Of a stretch of 64,000 bases of DNA, positions 24,600-38,120 are shown in pieces. This DNA comes from Epiperipatus broadwayi (lineage: Eukaryota > Animalia > Onychophora). The notes under the pieces were generated by a model. The model did not search any database, had not been told where the DNA came from, and was given only the letters and a program-made list of their open reading frames with translations. A program made the translations under genes and the position numbers. Within the stretch, counting starts at the first letter, position 1; each line of letters begins with the position of its first letter. The stretch is taken from the NCBI GenBank assembly GCA_028023455.1, contig JAQFVV010000003.1:4030001-4094000 (forward strand), given 5' to 3'.

Positions 24600-27058
24600 T
24601 TTAGTTCTGCAATATAAAAGTAGAGTAGGCTGTTTTGTTAAAAAAAGTACTTAGAAAAGAAGAAGTTAGCTAAAATAGACAATTATAGAGAGAGAATGAA
24701 ACTAAATAGTAAATTATTGGATGATATTAATAAAAGTGGAAGAGATGGGAGTAAAAAATTTTGGAATTACATTAAAAGGAGAAATTTAAGGGAGAGAGAG
24801 AGATAGTATTAGTGGATGAGGAGGGAATAGAGTGTAGCTCTAGAGAAGAATTAGAGAGAATATTGAATAGTTATGTAATGTATATAGAAAAGATGTTAGA
24901 TGTGAAGGACAGAGGGATAAAAAATATGAAAGCATATTGTAATGAGAATATTGCATTTACAGAAAATGAACTGAATGAGACAGGGAAGAAATTGAGAAGT
25001 GGTAAGGCAAGAGGATTAGATGGATGGGCAGCAGAGATGGTAATAAATTTGGGGCATAGGGCAAAAGTAAAGTTACTATCATGTTTTAATAAGATGGCAC
25101 AGAAGAGAGTTTTTCCAGGTAGTTGGAGTAATACAAGAGTAAGATTATTATTTAAAGGAAAAGGTAAGGATCATAGAAAGTTAAATAATTATAGATCAAT
25201 AGCAGTAACATCAGTTTTATATAAAGTTTTTTTCATATATGGTGGCTGGAAGTGTTGCAAAATGGATGGAAGAAAATAATGTAGGGGGGAAATGCAAGGA
25301 GGTTTTAGGTCAGATAGGCATATAGGAGATAGTTTATTTGTAGTTACACAACTTATAGATATGAGTAGAAATTCAGGTAGACAGTTATATATGAGTTTTA
25401 TAGATATAGAGAAGTCATATGATAGAGTGAATAGAAATAGATTATGGATAAGTTTAGCAAATCTGGGAATGGATGAAGCTTTAGTGGGTGTTATTAAGAA
25501 ATTATATGAAAATAATTACTATATGTATCAATTAGGGGATATAGAATCAGTTAAAGTTAAAAATGGAGTGGGGCTGAGGTAAGGATGCCCTATGTCACCT
25601 ATTTTGTTTGTGTTGTATTTGAGTGAAATGGAGAGAGCAATAGAAAGACTAGGAAGAGGGATAGAGATACCGTTAACAGGTAGCAAGAGAGTATATACAT
25701 TGTCCGATCTTTTTTTTGCAGATGATGTCTTTTTTTGTGCAGAAAGAAGAGAAGATGTGGAAGTTATGCTGAGGACATGCGCAAGGGTGGGTAAAGATAT
25801 GGGGATTAAATTTAGTGAAGAAAAATTAAATATAATGATGGTGAATACTGGGGAAAGAGAAGACAAAGATTTCTTATTGGGGGATATAAAGTTAAGTGTG
25901 GTGAATAGATATAGTTATTTGAGAATCATCTTGAGTAATAAGAAAAATTGCTTGGATGAATGGGAGAAAAAATTGATAAATGAAGCAAAGAAAAGAAAGG
26001 GATTGATAAAGAAATTAACAGTGTTTTCATATAATAAATATGATGTGGCTAGAATTGTATGGAAGGGAGGGGCAGTAGCAGGGTTAACATACAGCAATGA
26101 TGCATTATGTGTTAGGAAAGAGGTATTAGATTGCTTAGAAAAAGTACAACGGGAAGTAGAAAGACGTGCATTAGATGCTGAGGTGTGGACAGCAAAAGAG
26201 GCAATTCAAGGAGAAATGGGATGGTCAAGTTTTTATATGAGGGATGCAAAAAGCAAATTGAAAATGTTCAGTAGATTGCAGTTTATGGATAATAAAAGAA
26301 TAGCCAAAATAGTATTTAATTGGGTTACTAATAAAGGGCAGGCAATAAGATGGGTGAGAAAGGTAATGCGGTATGCAGAAGATTTGGATAAAGAAGTTAT
26401 GTCAGTATACTTGTACAAAAGATGGGATGATTGTGTTAGGAGGATTGTTGAGTGCTATAGTGGGAAGAAGTGGGATAGAAGAATAGATGCATTAATAAAG
26501 AATAGTGGGAGTTGGAGAGATGGAGAACTAGTATGGAGAGTAAAATGAGTTTAAATATATATAAAAGTAAATGGAACATTGGGTGTGCGTTAATTTATGA
26601 TAATAGTAAGGAAAGTAGTTTATTGTTTAAGGCTCGAACGGGATCTTTAGAAACAAGGGAATATACACGTAAATGGAAAAATATGGGTGATTTAGTCTGC
26701 AAGTTGTGTAAAGAAGGCATGGAAAATATTAGGCATCTGTTACTTCAATGTAAATGTTTGGAAGCAGAAAGAGTACCAATAATGAAATTATGGAAGGTTA
26801 AATATGAACAAAGTGATTTTACAGAAAGTGAGTTATTGGTTTTTATGCTAGGTTTGGGAAAAAATAAGGGGGATTTAGATATGAAGGTCATGGAGTTGAC
26901 AAAGATTATGTTGTGGAAATGGGATGGGGCAGATTATGGGAAAACTTAGGGTGGACAATGGAAAAGGAAGGTAAAGTGGCTAACAGGTTTCTCTGGGCAT
27001 AGCTGCTGAGAGATTCCTGACTCTGTTTAAGGAGAAGTCACAGTACATCACATCACAA
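24600..27058 (+). mobile_element. APE-type LINE ORF2 (tether, RT, C-terminal CCHC), few disablements, 5'-truncated; clade uncertain (CR1/L2 group suspected)
   Basis: KKFWNYIK, GKARGLDG, YRSIAVTSVLYKV, QGGFR, FIDIEKSYDRV, GLR*GCPMSPILF, FFADDV, YSYL, LLFKARTGSL, CKLC...HLLLQC; (CACAT)n tail. Confidence 0.95.
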
Positions 27059-29047
27059 TTATATTGTTACGTGTAGGTTTCATATTTGAGGTATTTGAGA
27101 AAATTGTCTTAAAAGAGCAGAAAACAATGAAAGTAAGACTAACGATAATCAAATCTTAGCATTTGTTATTACTATCTGTGTTCAAATACCCTACCTACCC
27201 CCAATCAGAGAACTCATACCTACATACAGATTGAATAAAATTATTCTGAAAAAAATGTCAGAACTGATGGTGAAACCCCACTCCAGTGAAACTCAACCTG
27301 ATGTTAAACAGTTTGATGCAGTACTGAAGGAAAAGTTGAAGAAAGAGTAAAACATTTTATCTATTTATTTTTTAAAGTTTAGATGTATAAATATCAATAT
27401 TACATTTATTATTTACTCCTGTTTCATTTAAATAATTTCTCTTCCCAAACTAAGTATTTTCTTTTTAATTAATTCTCTAAAACTTTATAAATAAACGCTA
27501 ATCATATAAGATACATTATAGCAGACTTTCATAAACGAATATAGTTATTCTAACTCCCAAAAGAAACTAGTCTAGAGATAAATTTTGTAATGTCTACACA
27601 AAACAATCTGTGATATTTTCACATAAAATGGACAGTTCAAAGTAAGTTTGTTCCAATTGTAGTGTCATGAGGGTGGGCTTGGAACTAGACTGTGAATAAA
27701 TTGTAATCATTGTGGAAAGTTGTTAAACCGTATTCAGGTTTAAAATATGTAAACACATTTTGCATCAATAAAGATTTTGTTAAAAGTAAATTAGGATTAA
27801 CTACCCCTGTGTTTTTTTTTATTCTTAGTATTATATTTCATCACTATATTTCCACCAATGTCTTTTTTCAGAAACTTATTTAAATATTTTATTTTTCTAT
27901 CTTCCTTTTCTATATAAGCTATTATCAATTGCACTAATTATACTTATATTATTCTCCATTACAAATATGCTATAATTTATTTACTTTCTATATATTTATC
28001 AATTATCTTTATATATATAGTCTACAAATTTGTGCCTGAAGGCAGGTTGCTGACAATTAACGAACAATCCTTGCCTTAAAGTGATTTATTTATGTTAAAT
28101 TCTTTACTCTAAAAGTAAGTGGCATAATTAGACAAGAATACTATAATCAAATAATATTACACAATCATCATTATAAACACTGCTTTAGCAACTTAATACT
28201 TCTAACTATATCATATTTTTAGTGAACTCTTACGCCATTAAAATATATTGCTTTAATATATGCTCAATTTAAAATCTTTATATATATACATACATAATTA
28301 ATTTAGATATAATATCATTTAAAGTTCATAATGTAGCTCTAAATATTGAGATAAGGGATTAAACTGCACTGCAAGAGATGACAAACAATAGCAAACTGCC
28401 ACCAATTATAGTCAAGGATCATTGTTGTAATATCTTATTGCTGGGTCCTATCGTCTTCCCATCAGGAAGAAAAATTACCATATGTATATACTTCTACTAT
28501 TTAAATGTTCATTACATCGCCGAACTAAAGTCTGGAAATAAATTCAAATTTAATCATATATAATTAAATTGGTGTTTACCTCTTTGTCTATACGTCCAGT
28601 CTTAAGAGATGTTTATAATTTGGCACGACCACTTCCATATTAGACAACGAATTTTTTTTTTAAAAAAAGTTTTAATATTTATAAATTAAAAGTTCCAAAT
28701 TTATTCTGTATGTAATTAAACGATTAAATGTTTTCATTTCTCACATTAACAATCTAATCGTCATTTGCTTAATTATAAATAAAACTGGATATAAATTTTT
28801 AATCATTAAACAAACGTTGGTTTATTTGTAATTATCATAAATAAATAATTCCAGATTGGTTACGTTATGAAATCTCCAAGAAATTTGTTATTTTATTTAT
28901 TTAAGTAAAAATTTCAAAATCATGCGATTTCAATTTAATTCTGAAAGAATTGCGACAGTCCAATCTTTAGATAAGCTCTCATCGGCTTTCTTTATTTAAA
29001 CTTGCATTCTATAGAGGATTGTTCTTTTTTTTTATCAAAAATCCCAG

Positions 29048-29140
29048 ATTTTGCTTGATTTTTTTACAAAACTTTTTGATAATGATGGTAAAGCGGTTCC
29101 AAGGTGTTTTCTCTATTTGAAAATGAAAGTTTCATTGCAT
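29048..29140 (+). CDS. Candidate exon (ILLDFFTKLFDNDGKAVPRCFLYLKMKVSLH)
   Basis: cccag acceptor, 93-nt open frame, GTAAGC donor, in a locally CpG-retaining region; no homology recognised. Confidence 0.25.
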
Positions 29141-30024
29141 GTAAGCTACACACAAATTTTTACCGAAAAGTAAAGTTTATACAATAACTATCGAATATAT
29201 ATATATACTGTAATGAAAAATATTAGAGATTAAGAAACAATAAATGGAATATGTTTATGAACCTTTTTTTAAACCTTGTTTATATATATATGCAACTTGT
29301 TAGTGCCTTAGTAAGTAAAATAAACATGAACAAATTTCTATGCTTATAAAAGGGACATTTACTGTCATTTCCTACAATATAGGTTCAAATTCGGGCGAGT
29401 TAAACTTGCTACCCGATTTCAATTACGTTTAGATTTTTTTTTTTTAAGTAACCAATCCATAACTAAATTAGCTATTCATCTAATATTAATTGGTAAAAGA
29501 GTAAAACAAGTATTGGCTAGCCTAATGAGTCATTCTACCTCTCTTCTTGTTCCTCTATAAAAAAAACTGCTGGGGAGATTTTTGCCTCATTGCAAGTTAT
29601 TTGTTTGTATATGAAAAATAAGAAAAAAAACTCTTGCCTATTCAGAATTACTCCATTCATAAGGGCAAGACATGATGTACGTGATAGTGCAAGGAATATA
29701 AAGCCACTGCAAATTTTGAATTTTTTTTTCAAATTTGGAAAAAAGCCACAAGTATTTGCGTGTGTGTGTAGAGGATGGTATGTTACTTTATTTCTAAAAA
29801 AATGAATATACAACTATTTATTTTTGATAACTTTTTTATACAAAAATTTAAAAAACATAATGTTTATAATTGTGCACTGGATTAATTGGTACTACAATGT
29901 TAAAAATGAAACCGGAACTTGAAAGAATAGACGCAGAGAGTGAAATAAACATCGAAATGTTGCATAAAGAATATTAAAAAATAAAATAATTGAATGTTGT
30001 TTTTTTTCCTTGAGAGTTTTATAA

Positions 30025-30225
30025 GCATTTATTTTATATAGCGTATATTTACAATTGTATACATTCAAATATCAGCCTTTTAAACTAATTGTGCATACGC
30101 TTTGCGAGTGTTAATAATAAATGAATACTTTCTCACCAATACAAGATATAGTATTGGTGAGAAACTATTCATTTATTATTAACACTCGCAAAGCGTATGC
30201 GCAATTAGCTTAAATGGCTGATATT
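30025..30225. mobile_element. Hairpin insertion (~75-bp arms, 8-nt loop) with 14-bp TSD
   Basis: Arms ~30065-30138 and ~30147-30228; direct repeat tgagagttttataa at 30011-30024 and 30226-30239. Confidence 0.8.
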
Positions 30226-30681
30226 TGAGAGTTTTATAAAAAGTTTGATTACTGGAAGTGACAGAACTGAAGATTTGAATCCTGGATTAAGAACTCCAAC
30301 ATTCACCAATCTATCATTGCACTAAAGCACAGGGCAAAAGTAATCAAATAATTTACTGCTTGGGAGTTATAAGAAGTCTGAGCATTGGAAGTGAAGAGCT
30401 GGCCATGCTGATCTTCAGAGTTTTGCAGTGCACCAAATCAAATAGGACACATAAAAAAATAATTTAACCATCGACTGCTACAATCTATAAAAACTATACA
30501 GGTACTAGTGCTGAAAAATTGATTAGATATCACTCAATAAAACAGCCATTTTAAAAGTTACATATAATTTTATTAATCAAACGAACCCACACTTCTATAT
30601 TCTATAAAATGAATTTTTAAAAAATATTAATTTATGATATCGTTTTAAAAAATTAAACTATTATAAAAGTAAATAATAAAG

Positions 30682-30748
30682 TTTCAGCATCCGTTTTTTA
30701 CAACCATAAATAATAATATTTCAGCATCCGTTTTTTACGACCATAAAA
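30682..30748 (+). repeat. Short tandem duplication, ~38-bp period
   Basis: tttcagcatccgttttttac(a/g)accataaa occurs twice. Confidence 0.85.
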
Positions 30749-33065
30749 AGTCATGTATTTATGGTTTTAACTTCAATTATAATAATGTAAAAATATTGCA
30801 AATTGAAAAAAATAACAACAAAAGGAAAATAAAGGAAGCTCATACTATTATACAAATACAAACAAGACTTAATTAATAGACAGGCAGCAAATTTTAAGAT
30901 CACAAAATTGTGGGAAGGTTAGCCTTTCAAAGTGTTAGTTGACAAAGATTATGAGGATAGTCGAAAGTGCTCCTAAGTGGATAAAATTTTTAAAGTTATA
31001 CTTTACATATATCTAATTACTGTATTTATAAATATTCAATTATAAGATTACATATATACATATAACAATCTCATGAAGACATCCTTTGATGTTAAAGGAA
31101 GTTGGTTTTAAAGTGAATGATGGGAAGGCTATTTTATTACATATTGTACCAGTCAGTTTTGTCTGTTCATACAACAAGATCTAGTATCTAGGCAAAAGTA
31201 CCTCAAGTCCAATCATGCACAAGATACATAAGTCAGGAACACTCATGAACTCTGCCCTATTTGCCTATTTTCCAGATCTATCAACTTATGAGCAACAATC
31301 CCGATAATACCGATCTAATTTATCTCTCTTGCCGGCATTGCAAAGTGGAGACACAAAGATATTCTAATTGGAAATAATATAATGGAACCTTTGAGTACAA
31401 AATACACAAGTTTGGTACATTTAAATATCATGATCTTTTACATTAATTATATATATAGGATTAACGGGAGATTATCTAGTCAGAGCAAATATAATTTATT
31501 AATCAAAATATTAATATTTTAAATAAAAGAAACAATGATTCTGCTAGTTATGATATATATAAGATTTATTACTTTAAATAAAATACGAATAAATTATCAT
31601 ATTTCTCCATTAGTCTTCACTGGCCTCTTTATATTATATAACATGGGATTTACTTTTATGATTTAAGAAGTTACAGATAGATTCATTACTTTATTATTTT
31701 TATTGTGGCTGATTTACATGCCAATAATCAATAAACAATAATATTTGCAAATACAGTTTTAATAGCGCTATTCAAATATGTAAATGAATCGTAAATCCAC
31801 TCATAGAAAGAAGAACAAAATATAGCACTGACCGAATATTTAGAATTATCAACTTTATTATAAAAATAAGTGAACTACTCTCAGTTTATATTGAGTAAGA
31901 AATGTGTGGGAGAGTTAATTTAAAATATATATAATTGCATCGCAAAATGATGCACACATGAAAATATTAATCAATCTCATAAAGAAATCTGCTTAGTAGA
32001 ATCATAAAATTACGGCTTATAAATATTCATAGGTTTTATCTGGAACTAGAACAAAAAGGGCAGTGCATGCATGGTGGTGTATTTATGTGATCCATTCATG
32101 GATCTTTGGAAGTACTGCCAAAAATTCATTGAAGAAATAAAGACCGATATATGTCTGCAGACTATGGCAGAATCAGCTTATCAAATGAAGAACAGTCTGC
32201 TGTGAGTTTTTATGGACTGGTTTTTCCCAGAGCGATTCCCATATGGAGCTAGCTCAAGTGACCAAATAAATTCCCAGGGGGTTTAAGAGCCTGGTTCTTG
32301 GACTTGGAGATGCGAGACGGGGTTCGGTTTTTTCAATACGCCCGGGGAACAAAGCACAATATATATAACAAAAGAGGAGGCCAGTATGCATGCAATGCTT
32401 GAAACAACATATGTATCAAATATTTAAAAGACTTAATTAATACCTGTATATTATGGAATACCCCCGAGTAGTGGTATGATTAGAATACTAAACAGTAAAG
32501 GAGAGCTTCAATTGATTAATAAAATGACAAAATATTGAAACAGAAATCCCTTCCCTTGTTACCTTAATTTATATATATAACTTCCTATAAATGTTAAAAC
32601 AAACATGAAAATTTGGTTATAAGTGCTTTGATGATATAGTATACATCATTATACATATAAAAGTTAGGTGGTGGTTATTGATTTCATAAAATAAAATATT
32701 GATTTAATTTCACATAAAACAGATTTGAACTTTTAGAATTAGCGCTATTATTTTAAATGAAAATATTTCTGAGAAAACAGATTTCTACTGTTTTTCGGCA
32801 ATCACACTATAATATAATTGAGTTGTTTTTCCCAAATCTGCGAGCATCCACTGTAATTGAAATAACAAACTTGTTTTAATTAAAAGAAACTAAACTGACC
32901 TCCCCATAAAAAGGAAGGTGGGGATTTAAAAAAGAGTGAACATTCTTGCAAATTTAGAAAATTATCGGCATATTATTTAAAATACAAAATATAAAACATA
33001 ATAATCAAAATACAAAATATTGTTGCCGCATGAAAGTAAAATAAGAAATTAGTAGTATTTACTAG

Positions 33066-33128
33066 AGGCTCAATTATAGAAGAAATATTAAGAGAATTTA
33101 TAGAGAGTTGACACATTTTAACAATAAG
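33066..33128 (+). CDS. Candidate micro-exon (RLNYRRNIKRIYRELTHFNNK)
   Basis: tttactag acceptor, 63-nt open frame, strong AAG/GTAAGA donor. Confidence 0.25.
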
Positions 33129-33656
33129 GTAAGATTTTACAAATTATTTAATTGATAATGAATTTCTGATCTGATCTTCAGATCAGCTGAAAAAAGATTA
33201 CATTATATTTAAAGGAATGGTTAGACAAGAAATACAGTTTTAAATTGAGATTATACATGTAAATTTATGAGTTATAACAGCAATATGGATTTGTTACCCC
33301 GTTCAGTATTGACGGTAATTCTTTGATGATTTGAAAGTCATCCATCGTAGACTAGATCTAGTTTGTTCAGGTTAGTCAGGCAGATAGCACTTTCTTTATT
33401 TAGTGTATAGGCACATAGCAATAATTCACGAGTTTCTGGATTCTGGGCAGTGGTGTCAGAAGAGAGGTCATTCTGGAATGGCAAGAAGGTGTAATTTTTA
33501 CCTACTCATGATACATTGAGTTAAAGGTACAATGGGTGTGGATTTTACTGGCCATTGCTCTTTTCAAATTATTTGGTTTTTTTGGGTGTTCAAATCCAGC
33601 ACTATTTATATAATTTTGAAGTTGTTCTAGAATGCTTTTAACTATATGACTTAAAG

Positions 33657-33714
33657 CAATTTATCTACTTTGGTGATCTGCAATTCTGCATACCGGATGC
33701 ATACCTTTGTTCTG
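33657..33714 (+). CDS. Candidate micro-exon (QFIYFGDLQFCIPDAYLCS)
   Basis: Weak ttaaag acceptor, 58-nt open frame, GTAAGT donor at 33715. Confidence 0.2.
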
Positions 33715-33729
33715 GTAAGTTTTAAGACA

Positions 33730-33924
33730 ATGCAATCCTGCTAAGAATTTCTCAAACGATTGTTTTAAAATATAATCTTAGATTTTAAAACAAATTTGAA
33801 GTGGATAAAATTTCCACTAATGGATTTTACATTACTTTTATAAAATTATAACATTTTAATTCGGACTAATGGATTTCCGGTTAATTGACTTAATTGCATT
33901 CGAGAATTTTCAGCAGGATTGCAT
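33730..33924. mobile_element. ~195-bp MITE, superfamily unknown
   Basis: TIR atgcaatcctgct.../...agcaggattgcat (13 bp perfect, ~28 bp imperfect); no TSD seen. Confidence 0.7.
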
Positions 33925-35498
33925 CACCTTGTCTGACTATCATTACTAAAATAAATAATAAAATTTTACATAATTTTAAAAATACAAATTAATATCAAAT
34001 ATTTTAATATTATAAACACTTTATAAATAATCTCATCTCACCTATGATATATATGTATCCATTACGCACATATACAAATAATATATTATAAAATATTTAT
34101 TCATTTAAGATATTTTAATTAAGACATTTATATATATCCATGTCAATGATTATTTTAATAATTAAGCAAAAAATGTATTAATAAATGCATATATATGCGT
34201 AAGGATAGAGTTTAATATGGTTTGGTGGTGGGAGATTCTGAGTGGGCTGTGAAGCTCAATCTGAGTATCAGATTGACTGCTTCAATATATATATGTTGTG
34301 TTAAAATATTAAATTTTACTTGAAAAGGAAACCATGTCATGGAATAATTTTAGTAAAACATTGTTTTTTAGCTAGTAATGTTATATAATTTTTCTATTAT
34401 ATATATTGTAACTGGTGAGTTACATGGTACACAGCAACATAGTTATATATATGCATATATGTAAATATAAAGTAAAGAAAAAGTAGAAATAAACATAGAC
34501 AAAAATTTTGTAGATATCTCTCTGGAATAATCATAGTAAAAGATTAAATGATTTTGAATTTAAAAACAAGAAGTCAAACTAATAATTGTAAAAATTTATA
34601 TTATTTTGGAATCTTTTAATTAATGCTTGTACACAATTCTTTATATAAGTAAAAACATGTAGATCACACCTTTAGTAAAATTTCAAAATTGCTTTTGAAA
34701 GGAATAATAATCTTTTTGAAAAGATAAGAAAAAATACTTTTTAATTAAATGTGTTTTATCACCGCAATCCAAGTCTATAAAAGAGTTGGATAAAAAGATT
34801 ATTTTAGTTTGGCTAATAATTTTTTTGTAGAGAGTTTGGTTTTAATATTTTTGATAAGCAGTTGGCTAATAGTTAGCTGCAAAGTTGGCTAAAATATTTT
34901 GTGAAGTAGTTATCTGTAGTTTGTTGGTAACTGTAGCAGAAAGTGCCAACTATAAAGCTAGCTGCAGAGATGGCTAGAAAAGTTATACAAAAAACTGCAT
35001 GAAGATGTAAGAATGCAAGAAAACAACTGCTCTAAAGTTTAATGGTAGAATTTGAATTCACATGGAGGAAATATGACCCACTTCTTTGTGTTGAAATTCA
35101 TAGCTGCAGATGTGTGCTAAGAAGACAGTTGCTTGCTGAAATCTACCAAATATGAAACAGTTTGCTGGCCTGAAGCTCATCAAATCCTAAACAGTAGGGA
35201 ACTGATTGGATGCCAACACATCTGAATTATACTCCATTGATTATGACAATTATCTGGATTATGCTTATCCTGATGATGACAAGCCAGCCTACCAGCTTGC
35301 CCAAGAGAAACCATCAGTTGATGAAGAAGTAATTATACATATGCTGATATATCTATATACATAGAAGCACAGATAAATGTATATACAAAAGTGAGTTGTT
35401 TTTAAATAATTTATTTAAAAGACATTTTAAAATTTCTATATGTAATTTAAAAATATAATTAGTTAAATGCAGTCTGTGATAGTAATATATATATATAT

Positions 35499-37690
35499 TG
35501 TAACGATCTGGAATATTTAGACTTACGTAAACTACACTACGGGCGCCATCTAGGCATTTGAACCTAGAAAAATTTATAAAGTAGGCAGATACGTAAGTAA
35601 AAAAAAAAAAAAATTTTTTTTCCCCTTTTTTTTGCATCCGGTCGGTAGCCCATGTCACTAGCTCAGTGGAATAGCAGAGATTTAATAATATAATATAAGA
35701 ATATATATATAAGAGGAATAAAATAAGCCACTGCCAGTAATTAACATACAAACATTTATTTATGCACATATATATAAGATTTAAAATTATTTTAGTATTA
35801 GTTTTACATTTCAAAATTTAACATTATTTTTAACTTTACTTTAGATTTTAATTTACATTTTAATTTCTATTATATTATCAGTTTACATTTTAATTAAGTT
35901 CGCACAGATGGGATTACAAAAGCTTGTTTTAATATGTTGCTATAGATCGGTTACATAGATTACACGGTTAAAAACATTTCAAAGTAAACATAAATGATCA
36001 AAAGATAAAATCATTGATACTAGCAATTGCAGAGGGAAATTTATAAGTAACCCAGTAGTATTCACCATAAGATACTTGCATTGTCACCAATGATTTAAAA
36101 GACATCTGAATAAATACATTTTAGATACTCACCGTAAGGTATCATTATTTATCGAATGTCTATATATTCTGATCAAATATGAAAACCCAAAACATACTTA
36201 ACCGATAACCAATCCATGCAAGCGTCCATAAACAACTTAAATTTAATGCATTTTTATTTAGGGTCGAGCATGAATAGATTACATAGATTTGCATTTGAAA
36301 ATAAAATATTCTATCCCTATTTAACCTTAGGCTAAAATTCGCAGTCAAACTGGCATCAATTCATCTGATACATCGATGTATTCAATGTAATACGGAATAT
36401 GGCAGCACCAAAAAGATTAAGAGAAGATATTGACTTTCAGCAGATAGGAAAGAACAATAATAAAAAAACTCCATAGAAAGGAATTGTGCTCTGCATCTTA
36501 TAATTCCTTTCATAGGCAAAACGGGAGAGTGTGGCGTATGAAGCGATTCTGCCAGTAGCGAATCTCTGACTACATCTACTAACTACATCAATGTATCCAA
36601 TCCATTGACCCAATTCAACAACGAAACAAATAACCTAAGATTACCCTCCCCTAATATAACTTTACAAATCTATACAACCATTCACGCCCGACTTAAGTTT
36701 AACATTTATATAATTTACCTTAACGGAAAACAGAAATCATAATAAAACTTAAAGAACAAAAAATAAATAAATAAATGGAAATGATTTTAAATATATATAT
36801 AAAAAAAGAAATACATCAAATAACATTATTAATAAATTAAGTTGGTCAGATAGGATAATATTGCAATCATTTAACTCTGGAAAGTTTAATTTAATGTTCA
36901 TTATTTATAAAGTTCTTATGGTTTAAAACAGTTCCTCTTTATCCGTTGCTTGCCATGAACGTGAATTCCCACGCTGTCCTAAGATTGATATTCTGTTGGC
37001 CGATTTATTTATCCATCCGGAGGTTTTTGTTTTAACTGGTCCTCAATGTAGAAAAACGATAGTTCATTTCTCATTCTTTCCTAGCAAAACTGAAGGGATT
37101 GAATCGTGCGTCTTTTTCAATCCCTTCTTCACTTCCACACTACCACATATCCCTCACATCGTAATTAATCATTCACTAACTAATAATTTCCAAACTTGTC
37201 CTTTTATATTACTTTGAAAGATTGACTTAACATTACATCATCGATGTGATGATCCTTTTCGTTGAGGTCCAATTTCCCAATGGATTTATTTCATTTGCTA
37301 AAAGTTTCTATTGTTTTCCTATCTGACCGATGTTTTTACATTTAAATGCCCAAGTCTGGTTTACATTTGACTAATTAAATTTATCATTTCCATTTCTGAT
37401 TAATTAACCTGTTTTCCAAATCAAAGATATATTTAAAGATAAATTTAAAGATATAATTTTATCTCCAAATCTTTTTAAAATTTAGTTTTAAAATACTTTT
37501 TCTTTAATAAAGTTTTATTTTAATAATTTTTCATTATCTGTGCGATTTAATATATACGAGTTTAAGATGATATTTAATTTCACTTTTTAATTCTTAACGA
37601 AACTTTTTAAATGCGAACTTCTTAATTTACTTTCATGTTTAATAAATATAAAAAAAAACAACAATGTAACGAACGTCTGTGCTCGTTACA
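35499..37690. mobile_element. Unclassified non-coding TG...CA element, copy 1 (2192 bp), 4-bp TSD, terminal hairpin
   Basis: Starts TGTAACGA, ends TGTAACGA-acgtctgtgc-TCGTTACA; TSD atat at 35495-98 and 37691-94; collinear with 52602-54542. Confidence 0.85.
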
Positions 37691-38120
37691 ATATATATAT
37701 ATCCAGACTGATAACATTATATATAATAAAAAACTTTAAATAATTTCTTTGGTAAAATGACATTTAAAAAATCTATATATATTTTTAAAGAATGCAATTT
37801 AAATTTTTGCTGGAGTGAAATGATTGATTCATAGACACTTCTAAAACTCCAAAAAATTTTAAGGGAGAGAAAAAAGAAGAACAAAAGGAATTTTCTGGAT
37901 TATAAATATTTAAAAAAAAGACATTTATAATTAATTAACATAATCTGTTAAAAGCTGATTCTATTTTTTTTTAAAAAAAAATAATTATGAAGAAATCTAA
38001 AATCTTTTCGAGTAACCTGATAAAAGGGAACTTTTCTAACCTGCCAAAAATTGACCATACTTTTAAAAAAAGAAAAAGAAAAGAAAAAGAAACTGTAATA
38101 GAATTTGATAAACTGATTTT

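Noticed and set aside
27255-27350. Candidate first exon MSELMVKPHSSETQPDVKQFDAVLKEKLKK
   Set aside because: Weak donor, in-frame stop right after it, and no supporting context
27658-27848. Short solo LTR (tgtagtg...cactata)
   Set aside because: No TSD and no second copy; insufficient support
32030-32400. GC-richer segment as an exon or transposase
   Set aside because: All frames are interrupted and no motif could be assigned
33150-33195. CTGAAGA...GAAA on the minus strand as a hammerhead
   Set aside because: No stem II or stem I pairing; it is just a small palindrome
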